From NCBI GenBank assembly GCA_963668315.1, contig OY764216.1, positions 992,001 to 1,056,000 of the forward strand: DNA of 64,000 nt, read 5' to 3'. A program made the position numbers and the translations under genes. Positions within the stretch are counted from its first letter, which is position 1. Each line of letters starts with the position of its first letter. Below the pieces are notes generated by a model. It was not told the DNA's origin. It saw only the letters and a program-made list of their open reading frames with translations, and searched no databases. Below are positions 10,118-19,271 of this stretch, piece by piece. This stretch comes from Spirochaetia bacterium (lineage in GTDB: Bacteria; Spirochaetota; Spirochaetia; DSM-2461).

Positions 10118-11068
10118 ATGAAAATCGTATTAATTGAACCCCTGGGAATCGATAGGGATAAACTGGATGAGCTCAGCGCTCCCCTTAAAGCGGCGGGACA
10201 CGACTTCATCAGCTACGATAACCGTGTGGAAGACTCTCCCTCCCTGATCGAACGGGGCAGGGACGCGGATATTATTATCCTGACAAATCTGCCCTTTAAA
10301 AAAGAGGTCATGGAGGCCTGTCCCCATCTCAAAATGGTGACCATTGCCTTTACCGGCGTTGACCACGTGGATATGGCGTACTGCAGGGATAAGGGCATCC
10401 TGGTTTCCAATGCCGCCGGTTACTCCACCAGCGCCGTGGCCGAGCTGGCTGTCGGGATGATGGTCGGCCTCTCCCGCCGCATTCTTGCCTGTGATGGAGC
10501 CGCCCGTGGCGGGGGCACGAAAAACGGGCTGGTAGGCTTTGAGATGGCGGGGAAGACGGTCGGTGTGGTGGGAACCGGCGCCATCGGCGGCAAGGTCATG
10601 GAGATCGCCCTGGCCTTCGGCTGCAAAGTGGTCGCCTTTAGCCGGACGGAAAAGCAGGAGTGGATCGAAAAGGGCGTGAAATACCTGAGCCTCGAGGAAC
10701 TTCTGAAGGTCAGCGATATTGTCTCCCTTCACGTGCCCCTGACCGAGGCCAGCAAGAACCTCATAGGCAAGGAGCAGCTGGAGATGATGAAACCCTCCGC
10801 ATTGCTCATCAACACCGCCCGGGGACCGGTCGTCAACAGCGAGGCCCTCGCCTCAGCTCTTAAAACGAACCGAATCGCCGGAGCGGGAATCGACGTATTC
10901 GAAATGGAACCGCCTGTCCCCACCGATCATGTCCTCCTGGGAGTCCCCAATACGATCCTGACGCCCCACGTGGCTTTCGCTACCAAAGAATCCATGGTAA
11001 AGCGTGCCGTCATCACCTTTGATAACGTGGAATCCTGGCTGAAAGGCGAGCCCAGGAACGTCCGGTAG
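10118..11068 (+). CDS. D-isomer-specific 2-hydroxyacid dehydrogenase (glycerate/glyoxylate reductase-like)
   Basis: GVVGTGAIG Rossmann motif, SLHVPLT, INTARG, DVFEMEPP, TPHVAF. Confidence 0.9.
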   Translation: MKIVLIEPLGIDRDKLDELSAPLKAAGHDFISYDNRVEDSPSLIERGRDADIIILTNLPFKKEVMEACPHLKMVTIAFTGVDHVDMAYCRDKGILVSNAAGYSTSAVAELAVGMMVGLSRRILACDGAARGGGTKNGLVGFEMAGKTVGVVGTGAIGGKVMEIALAFGCKVVAFSRTEKQEWIEKGVKYLSLEELLKVSDIVSLHVPLTEASKNLIGKEQLEMMKPSALLINTARGPVVNSEALASALKTNRIAGAGIDVFEMEPPVPTDHVLLGVPNTILTPHVAFATKESMVKRAVITFDNVESWLKGEPRNVR

Positions 11069-11174
11069 GGAGAAATAACCCGAGACGGACCGCATTGAAA
11101 TCGCCTGCCTCGGGAAGTTCTGGCTTAGTGATTATTTATGATACGATGAGGTTCCTGCCGCATCGTTATCCATT

Positions 11175-13003
11175 TTAAATAAACAGACTGACGATCTCCG
11201 GCGGATTTCCGTCCTTGAGCCGGACCAGGCCCCGGTTTGACAGATGAAGCTCGGGCAGAACCACCAGCCCCAGCAGGCTTATGGTCATCTCCGCCGAATC
11301 GTGGGGGCAGCCCGCAGCTTTTAGGGCCTCCTCTACATCGGCAAGATTCGCCGCCACTTCGGAGACGGGCCTGGGACTCATGAGCCCGGCAAAGGGAAGA
11401 GGCAGGCTGGCCAGAACCTTACCGTCCTTTACTACGGCCAAACCGCCCCCCGATTCGATAAGGGTGTTGGCTGCCATTGTCATCGCCTTCCTGTCCGTCC
11501 CCAGAACCAGAAGATTATGGCAGTCGTGGGATACGGTGGAGGCATAGGCTGAGCCCGGAAGAAGGGACAGGCCCGAAATAAAAGCGTGGGACTTCCGGTT
11601 TTCCGGGGATACCTGCCGCTCGTGCCGGTAGATCATGGTCAGCTGAGCCAGATCCATGGAGGCATCGGGGGCGAGAACGCCCTCTTCTGGAATGAGCAAA
11701 GCGGATTTTTCCGGGTGAAAACCATCCCCGGGACCAGTTCTATCACACGGACTCCCACAGGCCTTCCGTCGTTTTCCCGGGGGGCCCCTACGGTAAAATC
11801 CTCTTCTTGCCGGGGAGAGATATGCATGGTCTTAAGCGCCCAGCCGGGATACTCCGCCGGGGGAATCTTTTCTGTCAGAAGCCCGTCCTCCGCCCGGAGC
11901 TTTCCGGCGGAAATGACCTTTTTCACATCGAAATCCTTCAGGTTGTCCACAAGAATCATATCCGCAGACCTTCCGGGAGCCAGAGAGCCTATCCAGCGGT
12001 CCATCCCCAGCAGCTGAGCGGCGTTGATGGTGGCCATCTGTATGGCTTTGAGGGAGGGTATCCCCTGGCGTACAGCTTCCCGGAGAACGCGGACCAGGTG
12101 CCCCTCCTCAAGGATCGTCCGGGACGTGACATCGTCGGTGACCAGGGTGAAGAACCGGCTGTCCAGTTCGGGATTATCCAGAAGGGCCGGTGCCAGGTTG
12201 GGCAGATCGAGCCAGGCCGAACCGTAGCGCATCTGAACATTCATGCCCCTGCCGGCCTTGGCCAGGGCTTCTTCGGCCGTAGTACTTTCGTGGCAGGCGG
12301 TCATTCCCGAGGCGATAAAGGCGTTAAGGCCGCCTGCCGTATCGGGGGAAGAGTAATGTCCTGTCATGACGACATCAGCCTTCAGCCCCTCCGCCCCAAT
12401 GGCGTGAGCGTGGGAGTCGCCGAAGATTACCCCGGGGAAATTCATCTGTTCTCCCTGCAGCGCGGCCCATCCCTTTTCATAGGCTTCCCGGACATTCTCC
12501 GCATTGATAAGGGCTCCTCCGTCCTCCAGTCCCGGAAGGGAGGGAACGCAGACCGGCATGGCCGTCAGTACATTAAGGGGGAGGTCCTTAGTCTTCTCGT
12601 GAAACAATTCTACCGCTTTGAGCCCCAGAACATTGGTCATTTCGTGGATGTCGGGACAAATCGTCGTCGTTCCCTGGGGCAGTACGGCAGCGGCGAAAGA
12701 GACTGGATCCACCATGGAGCTTTCCACATGCATATGACTGTCTATCAGGCCGGGAAGGAGGAAGAGTCCCCGGCCATCGATTATGACCGTTTCCTTATCC
12801 GTCGGATAGGAACCCGTGTCCCCGATGAAGGCGATGATCCCCTTATAGGCGACCAGACCGGTATTTGCTTCCACCGTTCCCAGATGGACATTGACCAGCT
12901 GGATATTCTTAATAACGAGATCGCCGGCTTTCCTGCCCATGGCAACGGCGGCCAGATCTGCCGTAACAGAGGCTTTATGGGTGAGAAATTCCCGATAGGT
13001 CAT
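11175..13003 (-). pseudogene. ade: Adenine deaminase split by a single-base frameshift near 11706-11712 (pseudogene or sequencing error)
   Basis: ORF 13003-11639 has PGLIDSHMHVESS, HES and VTDD; ORF 11699-11175 has ASTVSHDCHN and LPLPFAGLMS; adding one base at CGG-AAAAA-TCC fuses them. Confidence 0.85.
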
Positions 13004-13147
13004 AGGACCCTCCTTATTAATTATTATAGCAGGTTGCCGGGGAGGTGCAAGGGGAGATTTTTACAGAGGATTTACTGTTTTTTGTTTTGACGCCGACAGT
13101 ATGATCGCTATATGATATAGGGATACACTTAAACCTTAGGATATTCT

Positions 13148-13693
13148 GTGCCCGAAAGAAAAAAACGCTATCTGAAAGAACGTTCTTCCTGTTTATATAA
13201 AGCCGTGGCCTATCATTTCTGGGCTTTGGCAGGTCTTGTCTTTTTCGCCTGCCTTGCTCTATTTTTCGCTTATCTGGCGATCCATCTGAAGTTTTATGTT
13301 TTTCTCAGTTTTCAGCTGGTGTGGATCCTTCTCGTTTATTTCGGCTATACCCTGGTGGAAAGTATCGCCTACTACTACGAGAAGAACCTTATCAGAAAAT
13401 TCGGTAAAAATATAAACGGGCAGGTCATTTCGAAGTACAAAGAGGAAAATGATCTGTACACCGATGACATTCCCGGCAGAAGAAGAAAATACGATAGGGA
13501 GATTTTCTATTTTATTGAGTATCAATACTCCTATGAAGGGGAAGACTATCAGAATGCCTTTGTTACCGAAAACCATCACCTCTATGATAAGCTGGAGGCG
13601 GGAGACGCCGTTCCGGTCAGGATTCTTAAGATTAAACCCTCCGCTTCGGATATCCGTCTGAGAAAGCTGAAAAAGGATCTGGCCGTAACCTAG
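13148..13693 (+). CDS. Hypothetical membrane protein (2 TM + DUF3592-like beta domain)
   Basis: Two hydrophobic segments then G..INGQVISK...YFIEYQYSYEG...YDKLEAGDAVPVR. Confidence 0.65.
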   Translation: MPERKKRYLKERSSCLYKAVAYHFWALAGLVFFACLALFFAYLAIHLKFYVFLSFQLVWILLVYFGYTLVESIAYYYEKNLIRKFGKNINGQVISKYKEENDLYTDDIPGRRRKYDREIFYFIEYQYSYEGEDYQNAFVTENHHLYDKLEAGDAVPVRILKIKPSASDIRLRKLKKDLAVT

Positions 13694-13716
13694 GTGTGAA
13701 TTGCCGGTCCCGATAG

Positions 13717-13750
13717 AAAAACCCGGAGCAAAAACTCCGGGTTGATTTTG
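13717..13750. terminator. Bidirectional intrinsic terminator
   Basis: AACCCGGAG-caaaaa-CTCCGGGTT hairpin with A/T-rich flanks between convergent genes. Confidence 0.7.
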
Positions 13751-13774
13751 GGATGTTTTTTTACATGGGGCCGT

Positions 13775-15394
13775 TTAGCCTACCATTTTCGCTATGTCCT
13801 CTTCCACTTCGCCGATACCGGCGATCCCGAATTTCTCGATGAGCACGCTGGCCACGGTAGGAGAAAGGAACGCCGGGAGAGTGGGGCCCAGGTGGATGTT
13901 CTTCACGCCCAGATGGAGAAGGGCCAGCAGAACGGTGACCGCCTTCTGTTCGTACCAGGCGATGTTGTAAACGATGGGGAGCTCGTTGATGTCCTCCAGC
14001 TCGAATACTTCCTTGAGCTTGAGGGCGATAAGGGCCAGGGAGAAGCTGTCGTTGCACTGCCCCGCATCGAGAACGCGGGGAATCCCGCCGATATCGCCCA
14101 GGTTCAGTTTGTTGTAGCGGTATTTGGCGCAGCCCGCGGTGAGGATGATCGTATCCTCAGGCAGGGCTTCGGCGAAATCTTTGTAGTAGTCCCGGCCCTT
14201 CTGGCGGCCGTCACATCCGCCCATGACGACGAACTTTTTCACTGCTCCCGATTTTACCGCGTCCACGACTTTATCGGCCAGGGCGAATACCTGTTCGTGG
14301 GCGAATCCGCCGACGATGGAGCCGGTCTCGATTTCCGTGGGGGAGGGGAGGGTTTTGGCCAGGGCGATGACTTCGGAGAAATCCTTGGCGCCGCCTTCGC
14401 TGCGGGGGGCAATGGCTTTCACGCCGGGAAAGGCCACGTTGCCCGTGTTGAACATCCGGTCGATGTAGGAGGCCTTGGGGGGAACCAGGCAGTTGGTGGT
14501 CATGACGATGGGACCGTTGAAGGTGGCGAATTCCTTATCCTGAAGCCACCAGGCATTACCGTAGTTACCGGCGAAGTGATCATACTTCTTGAAGGCGGGA
14601 TAGTAGTGGGCGGGGAGCATTTCCCCATGGGTGTAAACATCCACTCCGGTGCCTTCGGTCTGCTTGAGCAGCTCTTCCATGTCCTTGAGGTCGTGCCCTG
14701 AGATCAGGATGGCCGGATTGTTCCGCACGCCTATGTTCACCGCGGTGATTTCCGGGTTACCGTAGGTTTCGGTGTTGGCCTTGTCCAGGGTGGCCATGGC
14801 GGTGACGGCTACTTCGCCTGCTTTAAGGACCAGGGCGATCATTTCGTCCACGGGAAGATCCTTGAGGGTGGAGGCCAATCCTTCGGCCATGAAGTCGTAA
14901 ATGGATTGATCTTCGTAGCCTAGAACGGCGGCGTGATCCGTGTAGGCGGCGATGCCCTTGAGGCCGTACACCAGGAGTTCCCGCAGGGAGCGGACGTCTT
15001 CGTTTTCTGTGGAGAGCACGCCGACGGCCACGGCCTTGAGGAGCATTTTCTCCTTGCTGTCCGCCGTCCAGAGGGCCGCGTCGGGGAGATCGCCCGTGAC
15101 GGCGTAACGGGCTTTCAGATCCTCCCGCAGCTTGAGCCCCTGGCTGATGATGTCAGCCAGCTGATCGTCGTCGAAGCTGACGTTGGTGACCGTGGTAAAG
15201 AGGGCTTTGGTCATATAATCGGCCGCATCCTTTTCCACTTTGCCGGCTTTTTCGGTAAGGAAGGCGATGCCCTTGACCGTGTAGATCAGAAGGTCCTGCA
15301 GGTTGGCCGTATCGCCTTTCTTTCCGCAGATGCCGTTAACTGTACAACCGCTGTTCTTTGCCGTTTCCTGACACTGATAACAAAACATACTCAT
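13775..15394 (-). CDS. hcp: Hybrid cluster protein (hydroxylamine/NO reductase)
   Basis: MFCYQCQET...GC...[49 protein letters not shown]. Confidence 0.97.
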   Translation of the reverse strand: MSMFCYQCQETAKNSGCTVNGICGKKGDTANLQDLLIYTVKGIAFLTEKAGKVEKDAADYMTKALFTTVTNVSFDDDQLADIISQGLKLREDLKARYAVTGDLPDAALWTADSKEKMLLKAVAVGVLSTENEDVRSLRELLVYGLKGIAAYTDHAAVLGYEDQSIYDFMAEGLASTLKDLPVDEMIALVLKAGEVAVTAMATLDKANTETYGNPEITAVNIGVRNNPAILISGHDLKDMEELLKQTEGTGVDVYTHGEMLPAHYYPAFKKYDHFAGNYGNAWWLQDKEFATFNGPIVMTTNCLVPPKASYIDRMFNTGNVAFPGVKAIAPRSEGGAKDFSEVIALAKTLPSPTEIETGSIVGGFAHEQVFALADKVVDAVKSGAVKKFVVMGGCDGRQKGRDYYKDFAEALPEDTIILTAGCAKYRYNKLNLGDIGGIPRVLDAGQCNDSFSLALIALKLKEVFELEDINELPIVYNIAWYEQKAVTVLLALLHLGVKNIHLGPTLPAFLSPTVASVLIEKFGIAGIGEVEEDIAKMVG

Positions 15395-15413
15395 ATGAAA
15401 ACTCCCTGGTTAA

Positions 15414-15656
15414 TTAATATTCCTTACCTGCGGCCATGACATTGGCCGGATCGAAGGCATGGCAGGGGGTGACTCCGTATACCATGCCGCATTCGGGGCA
15501 TTTGTCTTCGAACGACGCCATTTCAAAACGGCCCCCGCACTCCACGCACTCTATTTCCATGGGCATGGGCATCGGCTGATCGGCGAATCCCATCATTCTT
15601 ACCTTATCTACTACCTGTTTTCCGTCGGTGAACGAACCGGAACATCCTTCGTGCAT
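15414..15656 (-). CDS. Small Cys-rich (rubredoxin/Zn-ribbon-like) protein, 80 aa
   Basis: AAGGAG RBS before ATG 15656; MHEGCSGSF...CVECG...CPECGMVYGVTPCH. Confidence 0.8.
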   Translation of the reverse strand: MHEGCSGSFTDGKQVVDKVRMMGFADQPMPMPMEIECVECGGRFEMASFEDKCPECGMVYGVTPCHAFDPANVMAAGKEY

Positions 15657-15693
15657 TTTCTTTCTCCTTGAGAGCTGATTTTCGGGAAGGGGA

Positions 15694-15725
15694 GGTGTGT
15701 TAAATTGAAAACTATTTAACACACC
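15694..15725. repeat. Dispersed hairpin element, copy 1 (TGAAAAC loop family)
   Basis: Perfect inverted repeat GGTGTGTTAAAT-TGAAAACT-ATTTAACACACC; related copies at 37631 and 37690. Confidence 0.75.
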
Positions 15726-15763
15726 CTATTCCCGGTGTTATGCCGTTTTCAACCTAACGGCTC

Positions 15764-16774
15764 TTATTGAATTTCCTCTAAGATCTCGCCGTTCCGCAGT
15801 TTGGTCCGGTAAGCCAGCAGTCTTCTATCCATCTCCTCCAGAGTCGTGAGGATTTCCCTCTCCTCGGCGGTGGTTTCGATGATTTTGTTAATCCCCCCGT
15901 TCTTGATGACGATTCTCTTGTCGCCCATAAGGGCCAGAATGGGATCGTGGGTGGCCATGAGGACCACTTTCTCTTCGCTCAGAAGCAGATCCAGGGCCTG
16001 TTTCCTGTCTATCCCCGCATTCTCAATCTCGTCGATCAGAATGATGGGGGACTTGCTCAGAATGGCCGTGTCGGCGATCATCAATGCCCGGGACTGACCG
16101 CCTGAAAGACTGGTAATGGGCGTATCCCGGCTGAACCGTTCCCCGGCCAGCTTGTTGGCGTTCTCGATGATCCGTCCAATGACTTCTTCACGGTTCTCCA
16201 CCATGCGGCTCTCGGCATGGAGTTCCACGAACTCGTAGACGGTCAGGTCCATGACGAAGTTCATGTTCTGGGAGATCTGGGCCACCAGCTTGTCCTTGGT
16301 GGAAAAGCGCCACTTCTTATCGGGCTCCGCACCGTTGATCAGCACCGTCCGGGAAGTGGGAGTGTCGTGCTGGGCAACCCACTCTATGTCTCCCAGAAGG
16401 CGGCTCTTCCCCGAGCCGGTGGGGCCCACGATGCAGATGATCTCTCCCTGCCGGATGGTCAATTCCTCAAAGTTTTCCCTATCTCCCGACTTATCCGTAC
16501 CGGGGAGGATGGTGATATGCTGAACCTTGTCCTCCTCGCGGCCCAGAAAGGCGTTCATCTGCTTGATGAATTCCTCCAGCTGCCGGTAATGGTGCTCCAC
16601 GTCAATCGCCATCTCTTCCCGGGTCTCTTCGTCGAAGCGGCCGAAGTACTCCTCCAGGGTGATCTCCCTATCCCCCTCCAGGGGCAGATTGTTATCGGCG
16701 AAGTAGGATGTTACGAAGGGATAGCGCTCCAGAATATCATTCAGTTTTTTCAGCCTGATGGTTTGAGCATTCAT
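15764..16774 (-). CDS. ABC-type ATPase with N-terminal DUF1858-like extension
   Basis: Walker A GPTGSGKS, signature LSGGQ, Walker B ILIDEIEN, ATHD. Confidence 0.88.
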   Translation of the reverse strand: MNAQTIRLKKLNDILERYPFVTSYFADNNLPLEGDREITLEEYFGRFDEETREEMAIDVEHHYRQLEEFIKQMNAFLGREEDKVQHITILPGTDKSGDRENFEELTIRQGEIICIVGPTGSGKSRLLGDIEWVAQHDTPTSRTVLINGAEPDKKWRFSTKDKLVAQISQNMNFVMDLTVYEFVELHAESRMVENREEVIGRIIENANKLAGERFSRDTPITSLSGGQSRALMIADTAILSKSPIILIDEIENAGIDRKQALDLLLSEEKVVLMATHDPILALMGDKRIVIKNGGINKIIETTAEEREILTTLEEMDRRLLAYRTKLRNGEILEEIQ

Positions 16775-17469
16775 TGGCCTTCCTCCATTTTCATCTTTCT
16801 CACGTTGCCCATCTGGTACTTCTCGCCGATACGGGTTTCGCCCAGGCAGTAGGAGCAGAGGGCCGAGGGCATGGGAAAGCGCAGTTCCCTGCCCACCAGG
16901 GTCTCTATGTCTTCCGCTTCATCGAAGAGCAGAGTACTCAGCTCGTAGCTGCCCTGTCCGGTCAGGCCGTTCACGTGAATGATCACCGCCCCCGGATTGA
17001 CCGTGTTCACCCGGCTGGCGAAAACTTCCCGTTCCGCCTGGGAGACGATGTCCCCCTTGGTGATTACCACGATGTCGGCGCTCTTGAGCATGGGGCCTAT
17101 TTTCTTAGGCGTGTTGATGCCGCTCAGATTGTCGATGACGCAGACCGCCTTGATGCCTTTCACGTAGGGGGAACAGCGGTTGCAGAGCCCGGCCGATTCG
17201 CTGACGAGCAGATCGAACCCTTCATCCACGCCCCATTTGGTCACTTCCTCTATATTGCTGATGAAGTAGTGATCCGGACAGAGGGCGCCGGAGAGCCCCT
17301 TCTTGACGGGAATGCCCGCCTTTTCGTAAAGCTTGTCGTCGTCCGTGTAGAGGCAGTCGAACTTGGCCACCGCCGTCTTCACGTTCCTCTGTTTAAGCGA
17401 TTCAATCGTTTTCAATATAACGGCGGTTTTTCCTGAAGAGGGAGGGCCCGATATGGTTACCAGATTCAC
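16771..17469 (-). CDS. G3E/SIMIBI P-loop GTPase (HypB/UreG-like metallochaperone)
   Basis: GPPSSGKT, CPDH, ESAGLCNRC, ITKGD, C-terminal CSYC. Confidence 0.88.
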   Translation of the reverse strand: MNLVTISGPPSSGKTAVILKTIESLKQRNVKTAVAKFDCLYTDDDKLYEKAGIPVKKGLSGALCPDHYFISNIEEVTKWGVDEGFDLLVSESAGLCNRCSPYVKGIKAVCVIDNLSGINTPKKIGPMLKSADIVVITKGDIVSQAEREVFASRVNTVNPGAVIIHVNGLTGQGSYELSTLLFDEAEDIETLVGRELRFPMPSALCSYCLGETRIGEKYQMGNVRKMKMEEGQ

Positions 17470-18705
17470 TTACGCCTCCTGAGCCGCGGCCTGTTCGAAG
17501 ACCGATTCGCAGTGGGAAATCAGCTTGCTGATATCCTGTGAGTAGATATAATCCCAGCCGAGCCACATGAAGGGGGCCTTCGCCGGAAGCCGATTGTCCA
17601 CGTCGGGGTGGACCGTGGGAAAAAGACCGTTGTGGGCCAGCACCGTTCCCACTTCTTCGGAAGCGAAAAAATCGATAACCGGCTGGAGCTTCTCCCTTTT
17701 CTCCTTCTTCGCGAGCAGGAAGATAGGGCTGATGATCGCGCCGTCCTCGGGCCAGACCGCCTCCATGTCTCCCTCGGGGCGGACCATTTTGGTAAAGAAG
17801 TAGGGCATGATGGTGACTGCCGGTTTGTTATCCTTCTTCCGGTCGCTTTTCACCATCTGCGAGGGGTGGAGCGATTCGAGCAGATTCCTCCCCAGCCGGG
17901 CCACTCCTTCGTCTCCGTACTTCTTGTGGATATTCAGGAGGATGCCGTTGAAAAGGTCAAAGTCGCCCACCGGCAGGGAGATGCGGTTTTCGAAGACCGG
18001 ATCCATAATGTCTTCCCAGGTACGGGGTACGGGTACATTCCCGGGCAGGGTTCCCAGCTCCTTCTTATTGATGAGAAAGACAGCCGGCACCACGCTGATG
18101 ATCGAGTAGTGGCCCTGGGGATCCTTCAGGTCCAGGCTGTCGAAGGAGGAGTTGAATCTCTCCCGGCCGGAGAAATCGCCGAAGGTTCCCTGCTTTTTGA
18201 ACCGGCCGATCATCTGCTCGTCGAAGAACATATCGAAGCCGGCGGAGATAAACAGGTCGGGCAGTTCCGCCGCGTCATCGATTCCCTTGATATTGTTTTC
18301 TACCCAGTCGAGCCCCATGGACGCCGCCTTGAGTTCGTGGCTGACGTTCAGGCCGGGGGTTTCCTCGAGGAATCGGTTGAACTCTTCCAGCAGGGGTATG
18401 CGGACGGGACAGGGGAGCAGGCCGACCACTTTCACTTCGGCCGCGCTGTTTTCCCCGTTTTCCGCCAGGGTCAGGTCGGTCTTGTCTTCGGCCTTTTCTA
18501 TGGCTTCGGTCAGTAAGCGGGCGAAGCTGTCGTAATCCAGCTGTTTGAGGGTCAGGGCCATCTCCAGGCTTACCGATTTACCGAACTGCTCCCGTTTGGC
18601 GGGATCGGCCATATGGGCGAAGCCGTTGGAGGTAAACACGGGAATCGTCCGGGGATATTTCTCGGCGATTTCCAGTAACGTGTCGGCTTTGGTGAAATAC
18701 TCCAT
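17470..18705 (-). CDS. Substrate-binding-fold protein with N-terminal DUF1858-like domain and no signal peptide
   Basis: Hydrophilic N-terminus (TLLEIAEKYP..IPVF..NGF); LPCPVR; VPRTWEDIMDP; VWPEDGAIISP (Fe/thiamine-type SBP motifs). Confidence 0.8.
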   Translation of the reverse strand: MEYFTKADTLLEIAEKYPRTIPVFTSNGFAHMADPAKREQFGKSVSLEMALTLKQLDYDSFARLLTEAIEKAEDKTDLTLAENGENSAAEVKVVGLLPCPVRIPLLEEFNRFLEETPGLNVSHELKAASMGLDWVENNIKGIDDAAELPDLFISAGFDMFFDEQMIGRFKKQGTFGDFSGRERFNSSFDSLDLKDPQGHYSIISVVPAVFLINKKELGTLPGNVPVPRTWEDIMDPVFENRISLPVGDFDLFNGILLNIHKKYGDEGVARLGRNLLESLHPSQMVKSDRKKDNKPAVTIMPYFFTKMVRPEGDMEAVWPEDGAIISPIFLLAKKEKREKLQPVIDFFASEEVGTVLAHNGLFPTVHPDVDNRLPAKAPFMWLGWDYIYSQDISKLISHCESVFEQAAAQEA

Positions 18706-18725
18706 ATTGCTTATACTCCTAAAGT

Positions 18726-18746
18726 GGTACCGTAATACCTAAATAA
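18726..18746 (-). promoter_or_regulatory. Putative Rrf2 operator, copy 2 (upstream of the SBP-GTPase-ATPase-hcp genes)
   Basis: GGTACCGTAATACCTAAATAA, 20/21 identical to 19185-19205. Confidence 0.75.
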
Positions 18747-18760
18747 ATCGAAATAAAAAA

Positions 18761-19156
18761 TCAGAAATCGGAAAGTTTGATTTCCCTGTACGTTTCGTAG
18801 ATATCCTTGGAAATCCGATGGATGTTTCTGGTGAAGATGCAGTGGTGGAAGGCGCATTTATCCTTGCCGAAGGGGCAGGCGCCCGTGGATACCGGGCCTT
18901 CCATGGCTTCCAGAATATCGAGGAAACTTATCTCGTCGGCGGGCTTGCTCAGAATGAATCCTCCCGAAGGCCCTCGGACCGATTTGACGAATCCCGCCTT
19001 GCTCAGTTTCTGAAAAACCTTGGCCAGGTGGGCCTGGGAAGCATCAAGTTCTTCGGCCAGATGTTTGACGGTGAGCCGTTCCGGCTGTTCTTTGGCGATA
19101 AGAGCCAGGCTGTGCATGGCCAGATAGGCGCCTTCTGACAGATTGACCAGATTCAT
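18761..19156 (-). CDS. Rrf2-family transcriptional regulator with three Cys (likely Fe-S)
   Basis: HLAKVFQKL.KAG.VKSVRGPSGGF.L; CPFGKDKCAFHHC. Confidence 0.93.
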   Translation of the reverse strand: MNLVNLSEGAYLAMHSLALIAKEQPERLTVKHLAEELDASQAHLAKVFQKLSKAGFVKSVRGPSGGFILSKPADEISFLDILEAMEGPVSTGACPFGKDKCAFHHCIFTRNIHRISKDIYETYREIKLSDF

Positions 19157-19182
19157 GATTCCTCCCTGTTTAATTTGTTATA

Positions 19183-19217
19183 TAGGTACTGTAATACCTA
19201 AATAAGGGCTTTGTCAA
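19183..19217 (-). promoter_or_regulatory. Rrf2 gene promoter with overlapping palindromic operator
   Basis: Minus-strand TTGACA (19217-19212) and TACAGT (19193-19188); perfect palindrome TAGGTA-N6-TACCTA at 19183-19200 covers the -10. Confidence 0.75.
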
Positions 19218-19271
19218 TACAAACTGAGAATTTTGTTGAACTATCCGCTAAAACGACCTATTCTATTTTCC

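Noticed and set aside
11700..11715. Programmed -1 frameshift in ade
   Set aside because: No canonical slippery heptamer, and I know of no recoding in this family; an indel is more parsimonious.
7648..14701. Antisense ORFs 7648..8907, 11807..13090 and 13742..14701
   Set aside because: Shadows of the M81, ade and hcp genes; no motifs.
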